Source: a virus
Lineage: Duplodnaviria > Caudoviricetes
Strand: one strand, 5' to 3'
Length of the DNA stretch: 64,000 bases
Virus record (IMG/VR): IMGVR_UViG_2684623126_000004
Shown: one piece after another, positions 1 to 7,917 of the stretch
Numbering within the stretch: position 1 is the first letter of the stretch
Layout: each line of letters opens with the position of its first letter
Notes under the pieces: model-generated
Seen by the model: only the letters and a program-made list of their open reading frames with translations
Told to the model about the DNA's origin: nothing
Database searches by the model: none
Translations under genes and position numbers: made by a program

Positions 1-720
1 ATGTTCACCGGAATTGTTCAAGGCACGGCCACGCTGTCGTCCATCGAAGATCGCGACGGCATGCGCACTCTGGCGCTGGCGTTTCCCGAGGGCTTTTGCG
101 AAGACCTCACGCTGGGCGCAAGCGTCTCGGTCGACGGCGTGTGCCTCACCGTCACGCAACTGCTCTCCCCCACTGCCGCATCGTTCGACGTCATTCTGCA
201 AAGTCTGAACGTGACCACGCTCGGCAGCTTCGGCGTAGGCGCGCAGGTCAATGTCGAGCGCGCCGCCAAAGACGGCGCCGAAATCGGCGGCCACCCGCTC
301 TCGGGCCACATCGACTTCTCGACCGAAATCCTGAGCGTGCGCACCTCGGACACGAATCGTGTGCTGCGCATCGCGATTCCCGAAGCGTTTCGCAAGTACG
401 TGTTCGCGAAGGGTTACATCGCGATCAACGGCGCGAGCCTCACCGTCTCGGAGGTCAATCGTCAGGAAGGCTGGTTCGAAGTGTGGCTGATTCCGGAAAC
501 GCGCCGCATGACCACGTTCGAAGACAAGCTCGACGGCGCTCGCTTGAATATCGAAATCGAGCGCAGCACGCAGGTCGTGGTCGACACCGTGCGCGAAGCC
601 GTGCAAGAGAGCCTCGGCCGCTTGCAGCCCGTGCTCGAAGCACTGCTCAAGGAGAAAGGGCTGACGCTGGACGACTTCGTGTCGGTGCCGCAACTGCCCG
701 CTGCGGACACCAAGGCTTAA
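1..720 (+). CDS. ribC: Riboflavin synthase alpha chain (host gene)
   Basis: N-terminal MFTGIVQG signature; two lumazine-binding repeats (SVSVDGVCLTV / IAINGASLTV), VNVERA and LNIEIE motifs. Confidence 0.95.
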   Translation: MFTGIVQGTATLSSIEDRDGMRTLALAFPEGFCEDLTLGASVSVDGVCLTVTQLLSPTAASFDVILQSLNVTTLGSFGVGAQVNVERAAKDGAEIGGHPLSGHIDFSTEILSVRTSDTNRVLRIAIPEAFRKYVFAKGYIAINGASLTVSEVNRQEGWFEVWLIPETRRMTTFEDKLDGARLNIEIERSTQVVVDTVREAVQESLGRLQPVLEALLKEKGLTLDDFVSVPQLPAADTKA

Positions 721-904
721 TTTGGCATCAAGCCACTTCAGGCCACCGACAACCCCCAAAGGACATTCATGCAATTAGCCACCTGCGAGTTTAATTAGTG
801 TTCCATAACGTCTCAATACGTTCCTAACCCTCCGTCTTCTCCCCTGAACCTCTTGAATCTTCGTTTCGTAGCGTGTCAAGATGCGCCCCTACATCGCGCA
901 TAAA

Positions 905-954
905 GTGGGTAGCTAGGTGGGTAGCTAAAAGCGCCCGGCCAACTAGCTACCCAC
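905..954. repeat. Three copies of 11-mer GTGGGTAGCTA (905-915 and 917-927 direct, 944-954 inverted); probable integrase arm-type sites of attL
   Basis: Exact repeats read from sequence, directly upstream of an integrase with an N-terminal arm-binding domain. Confidence 0.7.
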
Positions 955-972
955 CCTGAAGGGAGGGGCTAC

Positions 973-2265
973 TTGGCAAAACTCACGCACCTGTTGAATG
1001 ACATCCAGATTAGGAACTGGGTGTCGAAAGGCGAAGCCATCGCGCGCTCTGATGGCGATGGCCTCACCTTCACCCTGTCCGACGCCGGCACGGCGACATG
1101 GATCCTTCGCTACCGCATCGGCAAAGGCCGCCGGCGCGAACTCACCATCGGGAACTACCCCGATGTTTCCCTGGCCTCCGCACGCGAGAAGGCCCGCGTC
1201 GCCCGCGTTGCCATCGACGAGGGCCGCGACCCGGCTATCGAAAAGCAAGAAGAAAAGAACCGGGTGCAGGCCGCGTGGAGCGTGCGCGACCTGATCGCCG
1301 ACTACAGGGAAAAGTGTCTGCTGCTCACCGAGTACGCCCAGGACACCATCGACTACCGAAACCGCGACTACGACCAAATCATCATCCCCTACATCGGCGC
1401 GCGCCCCGTGCAGCGCGTCACGGCCATCGACATCGTGTCGATGCTCACCGACTGCAAACGCACCTGGACAGTATCGAAGCGCATCCTCACCTCTGCATCC
1501 AAGCTGTTCGACCATGCCTGCGGCCTGAAAATCATCGCCGCCAATCCCTGCACTGGCGTCAAGCTGAAGTCCATCAAGGGGCCGCGCCCGCCCATCCGAA
1601 AGCGCGTCATGCTGCTGGAAGAAGAGCTGCGCGAACTGCTGCCCGACATCGACTTCATCGGCGTGGAGAACGCCTACGCCTTCCGCATTCTGCTGGCAAC
1701 GTGCGTGCGCGGCGTCGAGCTGGTGAAGGCCAAGAAAGCGCATATCTTCCTTGACCTGGGTATGTGGTGGATACCAGACGAATCGGTGAAGACCCGCCGG
1801 GGCTTCCTCGTGCCCCTCACGCCCGTGGTGGTCGAGTGGTTCCGCGCCCTGTTTGAAATGTCTGGGGAATCCATCTACGTGCTGCCCGCGCGCCAAGAGC
1901 GCCGGCGCCGCAACAAGGGCGGCGATACCCACGTCGGGGAAACGACCCTCTGGGCGGCCATCCGCCGCGCCTTCGAGCGCAAGGACATCGAGATCCGCAA
2001 GTTCACCCCACACGATACCCGCTCAACGGCCAAGGGCCACCTGCGCAACATGGGCGTGTCGTGGGAAGAATCCGAGGTGGCGCTCAACCACAAGCTGGGC
2101 GAGCTGGACGAGATTTACGACGTGCGCGAGGAAAGGCCGGAGCGGCGCGAGGCGCTGGAAAAGTGGTGCGAGTTCATCGTGGCCTGCGAAACGGGCGCGC
2201 CCACGCCGGCGTTCGTCAAGCCAACACAGAGCAGCAACGTCATCCGCCTGTTGTCAGCCGCCTAG
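973..2265 (+). CDS. int: Tyrosine recombinase/integrase with N-terminal arm DNA-binding domain (P4-type)
   Basis: TTG start after GGAGG; N-terminal DGDGL...WILRYR...LTIGNYPDVSLASAR; catalytic R (TCVRGVE), HDTR, LNH, YD. Confidence 0.93.
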   Translation: MAKLTHLLNDIQIRNWVSKGEAIARSDGDGLTFTLSDAGTATWILRYRIGKGRRRELTIGNYPDVSLASAREKARVARVAIDEGRDPAIEKQEEKNRVQAAWSVRDLIADYREKCLLLTEYAQDTIDYRNRDYDQIIIPYIGARPVQRVTAIDIVSMLTDCKRTWTVSKRILTSASKLFDHACGLKIIAANPCTGVKLKSIKGPRPPIRKRVMLLEEELRELLPDIDFIGVENAYAFRILLATCVRGVELVKAKKAHIFLDLGMWWIPDESVKTRRGFLVPLTPVVVEWFRALFEMSGESIYVLPARQERRRRNKGGDTHVGETTLWAAIRRAFERKDIEIRKFTPHDTRSTAKGHLRNMGVSWEESEVALNHKLGELDEIYDVREERPERREALEKWCEFIVACETGAPTPAFVKPTQSSNVIRLLSAA

Positions 2266-3318
2266 CATGAGCTTGTCGGGGATGTCGCGCAGGCCGGGCA
2301 CCAGCACCAGATCACCCAACACGCCTTCAACGGTGCGGTGGGCGTTGCAATGCTTGGCGTAGGCGAGGAACGACATCACGCGCTGGCGCACGTCGGGTAG
2401 ATCGACCTCGCCGGCGAAATACTGGGTCATGAGCCGGCGGAAGTCAGCGCGGGCGCGCTTGATATTGCGCTTGCGCGGGAGGATATGCGTCGGCCAGATG
2501 CGGTAGCCGCAAAAGTCCACGCCGCGCTGCCACGGGTGAATCGCGGTCTTCGGGTTGAGCGACAGGCCCAGGCTATTGACGACCTTTTCCAGGGCCTGTA
2601 GCACGCGCTGGGCTTCAGCCTTGCCCTGCACCACCACCACGAAGTCGTCCATGTACCGCACGTAGAAGCGCAGGCCCATGTCGTCCTTGGCGATGTGATC
2701 GAGGCGGTTCAACAAGACGTTCGCCGCGAGCTGGCTGGTCAGCGCACCGACTGGCAGGCCCAGCCCGGCCTCGTGGCCGTATCCGCTGATGATTTGCCGC
2801 CAGAGCCAGAGCACGCCAGGATCCGAAATGACCCGCTCCACCTCGTCCATGAGAATGTGATGCTGGATGCTGGCGAAATACTTGCTGATGTCCGCCTTCA
2901 CCACATAGATGTCGTCGCCCCAGTTCCGCTTCGCCACGCGCAGGAAGTGCTGCACGCGCATGACGGCGCGCTGGGTGCCTTTGCCCTCGCGGCAAGCGTA
3001 GCTGTCGTAAATGAACCGGCGCTCGAAGTGCGGCTCCACGACCTGCACCAGCGCATGGTGAACGACGCGATCTTGAAATGGTGGCGCCTGAATCAGGCGT
3101 AGCTTGGGCTCGCGCACCACGAACTCGCGTTGCGGGCCGGGCTTCCAAGTCTTCCAGAGCATGTGATTCTGGATGTTGAAGAGGTGCTCTTCAGCCTCTA
3201 CCGCGAACTGCATTACCTCGTTGCGATACCGCTTTCCATCGCGGGCGCCCATGTAGGCCAGGTGCAGATTTTCAAAGGAGGTGAGTTCGTCCCAAAGACC
3301 ATTCACAGTGCGCGGCAT
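2254..3318 (-). CDS. DGR reverse transcriptase (bRT-like), 354 aa
   Basis: RT motifs FQDRVVH, GLPVGALTSQ (DGR-type [LIV]GxxxSQ), YVRYMDDF, GVDFCGY; no maturase or endonuclease domain; adjacent to TR and avd. Confidence 0.95.
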   Translation of the reverse strand: MPRTVNGLWDELTSFENLHLAYMGARDGKRYRNEVMQFAVEAEEHLFNIQNHMLWKTWKPGPQREFVVREPKLRLIQAPPFQDRVVHHALVQVVEPHFERRFIYDSYACREGKGTQRAVMRVQHFLRVAKRNWGDDIYVVKADISKYFASIQHHILMDEVERVISDPGVLWLWRQIISGYGHEAGLGLPVGALTSQLAANVLLNRLDHIAKDDMGLRFYVRYMDDFVVVVQGKAEAQRVLQALEKVVNSLGLSLNPKTAIHPWQRGVDFCGYRIWPTHILPRKRNIKRARADFRRLMTQYFAGEVDLPDVRQRVMSFLAYAKHCNAHRTVEGVLGDLVLVPGLRDIPDKLMLGG

Positions 3319-3478
3319 GTCTTCCTATTCAGTGTGGTCGGGTGCTGCCACGTCCGCCGGTTTCCCGGCTACTGGCCGCAGCGCCCTGTTCATCTTCGAC
3401 AACATGGTCAGGACAAAGGCCCCAAAGGATATGCACTGGACGGCGGCCCGTGGGCCGCGCGCCTTCTGGCACTATTCG
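3319..3478 (-). ncRNA. DGR TR-RT spacer (3' part of template RNA) with GCGGCCC-AC-GGGCCGC hairpin at 3443-3458
   Basis: Non-coding stretch between TR and RT start; perfect inverted repeat; position matches the spacer needed for priming in characterised DGRs. Confidence 0.7.
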
Positions 3479-3585
3479 TTTGCGAGGCGACCGCCGATAT
3501 TCGTGTTGACGTTCGACGCGGGATTGTTGACGTTCAGGCAGAAGAGCCCGTCGTTCGCGCCGTTGTCCCAATTGCCGCCGTTATA
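3479..3585 (-). repeat. DGR template repeat (TR), 107 nt, 10 AAC/AAT codons
   Basis: Minus strand TATAACGGCGGCAATTGGGACAACGGCGCGAAC...GGCGGTCGCCTCGCAAA; aligns without gaps to 4959-5065 and 60305-60411 with mismatches almost only at TR adenines. Confidence 0.97.
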
Positions 3586-3618
3586 AGCCCTTGCCCGTTC
3601 AAAAACCGGGGTGGTGCT

Positions 3619-3972
3619 CTACGACATGGCGGCTCCTTCGTGCTTGATCCACGCGCCGACCATGCGGCCAATTTCGTTCGTGTGTTTCATCCAGACTTCC
3701 AGGCGATGCGTGTTGATGTATTCGAGGCGATGGGCCTTGCGGATGAAGTGCCGGAACACCTCGATTTCCACGTCCAAGTCGAAAAGCGACGAAGCCTTCT
3801 GTCGGCGCTTCCACGCCACGACGGCCAGGCGGCATACCTTATTCATGGCCGCCCGCATTTCCGCGCAAAGCAAGTGCCTTTCCAGCTTCGGGAACTGATG
3901 CAGCACGGTATGCGTGTAGGCATCGAGCTCTTCCAACTTGGTGATGAGCTTCAGGTATGCGTCGTTTTTCAA
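3619..3972 (-). CDS. avd: DGR accessory variability determinant (Avd-like four-helix bundle)
   Basis: 117 aa, basic and helical; FPKLERHLL and EIGRMVGAW motifs; directly upstream of TR; TTG start overlaps upstream TGA. Confidence 0.92.
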   Translation of the reverse strand: MKNDAYLKLITKLEELDAYTHTVLHQFPKLERHLLCAEMRAAMNKVCRLAVVAWKRRQKASSLFDLDVEIEVFRHFIRKAHRLEYINTHRLEVWMKHTNEIGRMVGAWIKHEGAAMS

Positions 3973-4277
3973 GTCAGCCTTTCCCCTTCATCCTCTTCGA
4001 TGTTTTTCTGGCAGTGCTGGGCGTCGAAGGCGTCGAGCAGTTTGCACAGGATGCACCCCCACCGCTTTCCAGAGCGAGCGGCCTTCCCGGCCCGGCTGCT
4101 GATGGTTTCATCCTCGCTGCCGGCAAGCGCGGCGTTCAAGGTCTGGTCGTTGGAGACGGCCACCCGGAAAGCGCGATCACTTCCACCGATAGCCGACACC
4201 AGCGCCAGCATGTTGCCCGCCAGCGTCATCAGCATGGAGCCCAGCAGCAGGGCGATTCGGGCGCAATACTGCTTCAC
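3969..4277 (-). CDS. Small phage protein with N-terminal hydrophobic helix and CxLCxxLD motif
   Basis: Operon position between fibre chaperone and avd; translationally coupled to avd. Confidence 0.7.
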   Translation of the reverse strand: MKQYCARIALLLGSMLMTLAGNMLALVSAIGGSDRAFRVAVSNDQTLNAALAGSEDETISSRAGKAARSGKRWGCILCKLLDAFDAQHCQKNIEEDEGERLT

Positions 4278-4291
4278 CTTGCGCCCGCCCG

Positions 4292-4873
4292 TTACCAGGA
4301 AATGGCGGACAGGTCTTCCAGGGACGCGGTGGCGCCGATGGCATCTTCGGCGGCCTGACGCCGACCAATGAGCACGCCGGAGGCCGCCGCGTAGGCGTTC
4401 ATCTTGTCGAGCACGCGCGAGGCGAGCTCCGCGACCGGCAGGCCGCGCGCCGTGGCGATGGCGGTCAGCAGCGGAGCGTCCGCGCCGGCGTCGGCGGCCA
4501 GCGCCGTGGCTTCCTTGACCTGCTGGGGCCAGGACTGCACTTCGCTGTCAGGGTAGTCGGCAGCCAGCGCGGCCACCGCCTTCTGGCACTCGGCGTTGAT
4601 TTCGGTCAGCTTGGCCGCCTTCGCCGCGTTCAGGATGGCCGCGTCGCTGGCTTCGAGGATGTCCTCGCCCAGCAGTTCGACCAGATCCTGACTGCACGCC
4701 GGCACGTCTTCCGGCTGGCCGGGAACCGTGACCGAAATGAACAGGCGACCGGGGCGGTACGCCTCGGGGACGAGGTACGCTTTGACCTTGGCGGCGGTTG
4801 CCACCTCGGGCAGCGGCACGGTCATGGTGGAGCCTTCGACTTCCACCACCAGATTCCCGTTTTCGATTTGCAT
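4292..4873 (-). CDS. Probable tail fibre assembly chaperone
   Basis: Directly downstream of tail fibre, RBS AAAGGAG; C-terminal EVQSWPQQVKEA...LSAISW typical of fibre chaperones. Confidence 0.7.
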   Translation of the reverse strand: MQIENGNLVVEVEGSTMTVPLPEVATAAKVKAYLVPEAYRPGRLFISVTVPGQPEDVPACSQDLVELLGEDILEASDAAILNAAKAAKLTEINAECQKAVAALAADYPDSEVQSWPQQVKEATALAADAGADAPLLTAIATARGLPVAELASRVLDKMNAYAAASGVLIGRRQAAEDAIGATASLEDLSAISW

Positions 4874-4894
4874 TTACTGCTCCTTTCTTGAGAG

Positions 4895-4951
4895 GGGCGG
4901 CGCGCTTGGCGCGCTCGCCCAACTGCTACATGACACAGGTCACATGACCCA
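4895..4951 (-). promoter_or_regulatory. DGR target-recognition element 1: post-stop spacer (TGGGTCATGT...TGTGTCATGTA) plus bulged hairpin GGGCG-A-GCGCGC-CAA-GCGCGC-CGCCC (4895-4920)
   Basis: 31 nt downstream of VR1 stop; same architecture downstream of VR2. Confidence 0.85.
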
Positions 4952-7516
4952 TTACACCTTTGCGAGGCGACCGCCGAGACCCGTGCTGCCGCTCGACGCG
5001 GGACTGCCGACGCTCAGGCAGAAGAGCCCGTCGCCCGCGCCGCCGTCCCAATTGCCGCCGTGATAGGCGACGCAGTTCGCAGCCGACCAGAAGGCGTCCG
5101 CATACGTGCCGTTCGAGGCCGAAGCGTCGATGGTGGCGGGCAGGAACACTTGCGACAGGTCGTAGTTCGCGCCGGCATCCACGGACATCGTGACCGGGTA
5201 GGAGGCCGAAGCCGACGGCGCCACCTGGTTCGTGGTGATGTAGGTCTTGTTGCCCTGTTTGTCCCAGATTTTGTATTTCAGGCTGGCGTCGGTTTGCAGT
5301 CCATCGACCATCTGCCAGACGTTCGACCAGAGGCCGATAATGCCGCGCCACGAGGCTTGCGAGGTGGGCGACGCATCGACGTTGGTAGCGCCGGAACTGT
5401 TCGAGTTGCCTTGGCCGACCAAGGTCTGGGCGTCAGGGTTGCCCAGTTCGATGAGGGCCAGCATCTGGATGGCGGAGAGTTGGTAGATGTTCCACAGCGA
5501 GAAGCCCGTAACGCCCCCGGTGTTGCGCGCGTTCGCGCGGGCCTGCATCGTCGGGAAGTCGATGGAAACCAGCGGCCCGACGGCAGCCACGGACGCCAGC
5601 TTGTTGCCGGAGGCGTTCGAGCCCTGATACTTGCCGACCCAATACTGGGCCAGGTCAGCGCCGGCGTTCTTGAAAGCCGGGTGAATCTCGAAGCCGGTTT
5701 CCTTCTTGTCCGAAACCCAGATGGCCTTCTTTCCGACGTAGGCGCCGGACGCCACGATGCCGGTCTTGATGTAGAAGGCGGGCACCTTCACCATCGCCTG
5801 GCTGTCCAGGGTCTGATCGACGATACCGGCATAGGTCGGGTGGGCGTTGAAGAAGGCGGCATCGGTGGCCTTGGCGTTGCCGTCCTCGTCGATGCGTGCC
5901 CACGAACCGGAAGTCGCGCCAGTCGAAACCAGAGCGATACCGATCACCGTGCCGAAAATCTTTTTCGTAGTGAACTTCGTCTCCACCGACCATTCCGACC
6001 AGCCGATGGTTGCGCCCTTGTGGCGGACGCGCCAGAAGTATTGCGTGTTCGAGGACTTCAGCAGGCCGGCAGGAACGGCCAGCGAGGTCAGATGCGTGGC
6101 GTCCTCGCCGCTGTCGTAGGTGGAGGCGTCGTAGGACGCGCTGGCCTCGCGGATTTGCCATTGGGCCGCCGCTTGGGTGTCCGCACCCGCATAGACCGCG
6201 AAGGCGCTGGACGACAGCGTGGGCGTGTCGGCGACGTTGGTCAGGTTGTTGGCCGGGCCAACGTTCGACGGGGCCTGCACATACACGAACGACGCGGCGG
6301 TGGAGAACGAAACCGGGTCAGACCACGGCGACCACGCGCCTTCGGCGTCGCGCGCGCGGCCACGGGCGAAGTAGTCATGGCTGGTTTGCAGGCGCAGGCC
6401 GATTTCCTGCCAGGACAGGCCGCCCACCTGCGTGCCGCTGTCGATGATGACCTCGGCGAAGTCGGCGGTGGCGGAGACTTGGAATTGCACGGCGCCCACG
6501 GGCGTATCGGTGGGCGAAACGTAGCCGGTCAGGCCCAGCGTCGGGCGGTCGGTCAGGTTTTCAGCGCCATCGACGGGGTTGGACATGGCAGGCTTGAGCG
6601 GAGGCGTGTGCGTGCCGCGCAGGCCCGTGGTGGAGCCCAGGCCAATGATGTGCTGGATCTCGGTATTGCCAGCGCCGCCCACGACGGTCACGCGCAGCGC
6701 GGTGTCGCCATTGACGAGCAATTCGTACTCGCAGTCGATGTAGCCCGCCGGCACTTTGCCGCCTTCGCGCGTCCATGCCAGCGGCGCGGACACCCAGTCG
6801 CCATCGATCAGAAAATCGACGTTCACAACGGATGCGGTGGGCGTGCGGCGGATTACGACGGCGCGCTTGACGCCATCGAAGCCCAGATTGATGGGCTTGG
6901 AGAAGTAGGCCGCGCCCGGCTTGGCCTGCGCGGTGCCGTTAGCGACGGCAAACGAGGTGCGCGCGAGGAACGCGCCGGCGCCGCCGTAGGCGTTTGCCAG
7001 CGGGTCAGAAATGCGGATGCGGGTGCCGTTCAGCACAGCATTGACATGAACCTGCTCGGCGTGCGTCGCGTTGTAGATGACATAGTTCTGGCCGGGCGTG
7101 AAGAAGCTGCTGTCGGTCACGTCGATGGAATCGTCGCCGGCGACGGCAGAGGTCACGGCGATGGGCTGCGTGTCGGTCAGCGTGTATTCGCCGGCCCACA
7201 TTTCAAGGCTGATGTTGTTGCCCGAATAGTCCCAGTCCAGGCGCACCGCACGCGCCAGCATGGGCGCGGTCATGCCCTGCAAGTCGCCGATGTCGCCGCC
7301 CAGGTCTGCGACGGCCTGCGCCACCTGGTTCATCTTTTCGGCGAAGGTGGGCGCATCGCCCTTGGCGGCGTTCAGCTCGTCTTCGACGCTCACCTGGCGC
7401 TCGTCGAGGGCGGAGAAGTTCTCGTCGATTTCCTGGTAGCGCGTGTTCCACAGCGAGGGGACGGCATCCGGCTCGTTGTTCGGAATCGGCGTGATGTTTT
7501 GGTTGGGCAGGGACAT
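4952..7516 (-). CDS. Tail fibre/receptor-binding protein, 854 aa, with two FN3-like repeats and a C-terminal C-type-lectin-like domain; DGR target 1
   Basis: ATG at 7516 after GAAAGGAG; last gene of baseplate operon before chaperone; tandem W-S-x-W-S beta-sandwich repeats; C-terminus YHGGNW...GGRLAKV is VR1. Confidence 0.9.
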   Translation of the reverse strand: MSLPNQNITPIPNNEPDAVPSLWNTRYQEIDENFSALDERQVSVEDELNAAKGDAPTFAEKMNQVAQAVADLGGDIGDLQGMTAPMLARAVRLDWDYSGNNISLEMWAGEYTLTDTQPIAVTSAVAGDDSIDVTDSSFFTPGQNYVIYNATHAEQVHVNAVLNGTRIRISDPLANAYGGAGAFLARTSFAVANGTAQAKPGAAYFSKPINLGFDGVKRAVVIRRTPTASVVNVDFLIDGDWVSAPLAWTREGGKVPAGYIDCEYELLVNGDTALRVTVVGGAGNTEIQHIIGLGSTTGLRGTHTPPLKPAMSNPVDGAENLTDRPTLGLTGYVSPTDTPVGAVQFQVSATADFAEVIIDSGTQVGGLSWQEIGLRLQTSHDYFARGRARDAEGAWSPWSDPVSFSTAASFVYVQAPSNVGPANNLTNVADTPTLSSSAFAVYAGADTQAAAQWQIREASASYDASTYDSGEDATHLTSLAVPAGLLKSSNTQYFWRVRHKGATIGWSEWSVETKFTTKKIFGTVIGIALVSTGATSGSWARIDEDGNAKATDAAFFNAHPTYAGIVDQTLDSQAMVKVPAFYIKTGIVASGAYVGKKAIWVSDKKETGFEIHPAFKNAGADLAQYWVGKYQGSNASGNKLASVAAVGPLVSIDFPTMQARANARNTGGVTGFSLWNIYQLSAIQMLALIELGNPDAQTLVGQGNSNSSGATNVDASPTSQASWRGIIGLWSNVWQMVDGLQTDASLKYKIWDKQGNKTYITTNQVAPSASASYPVTMSVDAGANYDLSQVFLPATIDASASNGTYADAFWSAANCVAYHGGNWDGGAGDGLFCLSVGSPASSGSTGLGGRLAKV
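4959..5065 (-). repeat. DGR variable region VR1
   Basis: Versus TR: 14 substitutions at adenines (12 A>G, 2 A>C) and one T>G. Confidence 0.96.
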
Positions 7517-7530
7517 GGGGGGAGCTCCTT

Positions 7531-7917
7531 TCAGAATCGCATCTTCAGATTGACGCCATAGGTTTCCCCGTTCTCCAGGTACTTCGGCGCAAAGGTTTTC
7601 CAGCAAACAAGGTTGCCGTCGGTGTCGAGCAAGGCCGCCTCGGAGAGAGCGCCGGCATTGAGGTCGTCGGATTCGACGACGCCCTTCCCGGTGGCGGAAT
7701 ACAGGTCTTCTTGAACCAAGGCCGTGACGGGCTTGCGCTTGACCTCGTGGTAGAGGCCGGCGGCGCCGCTGTCGGCGGGCTTGGCGGTGTTGTCGGGGTT
7801 GTGGCCACCGTCGCCGTAGGCGATGAATGCGATGGGCTTGAGTACGCCAGTGCCGGCCATGTGGGCGGCGACGCGGCGGCGGTAGCTATCGGCGACTACG
7901 GCTTCGGGCACGGTCAC
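7531..7917 (-). CDS. Tail-collar/fibre attachment protein (position of P1 gene R)
   Basis: IAYGDGG and LSEAALLD motifs of collar-type proteins; GTGA overlap with upstream gene. Confidence 0.65.
   Translation of the reverse strand: MTVPEAVVADSYRRRVAAHMAGTGVLKPIAFIAYGDGGHNPDNTAKPADSGAAGLYHEVKRKPVTALVQEDLYSATGKGVVESDDLNAGALSEAALLDTDGNLVCWKTFAPKYLENGETYGVNLKMRF

Noticed and set aside
853-882. Integrase promoter TTGAAT-18-CAAGAT
   Set aside because: Plausible but weak match with no independent support
905-954. CRISPR-like array
   Set aside because: Only three 11-mers, one inverted, no spacers; no cas genes in window
2254-3318. RT as group II intron, retron or Abi RT
   Set aside because: No maturase or endonuclease domain; DGR-type motif, avd neighbour and TR/VR pairs explain it
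3329-3586. Short ORFs across the TR
   Set aside because: By-products of the TR being a copy of coding sequence; no RBS
5060-7561. 833-aa plus-strand ORF
   Set aside because: Shadow of the tail fibre gene
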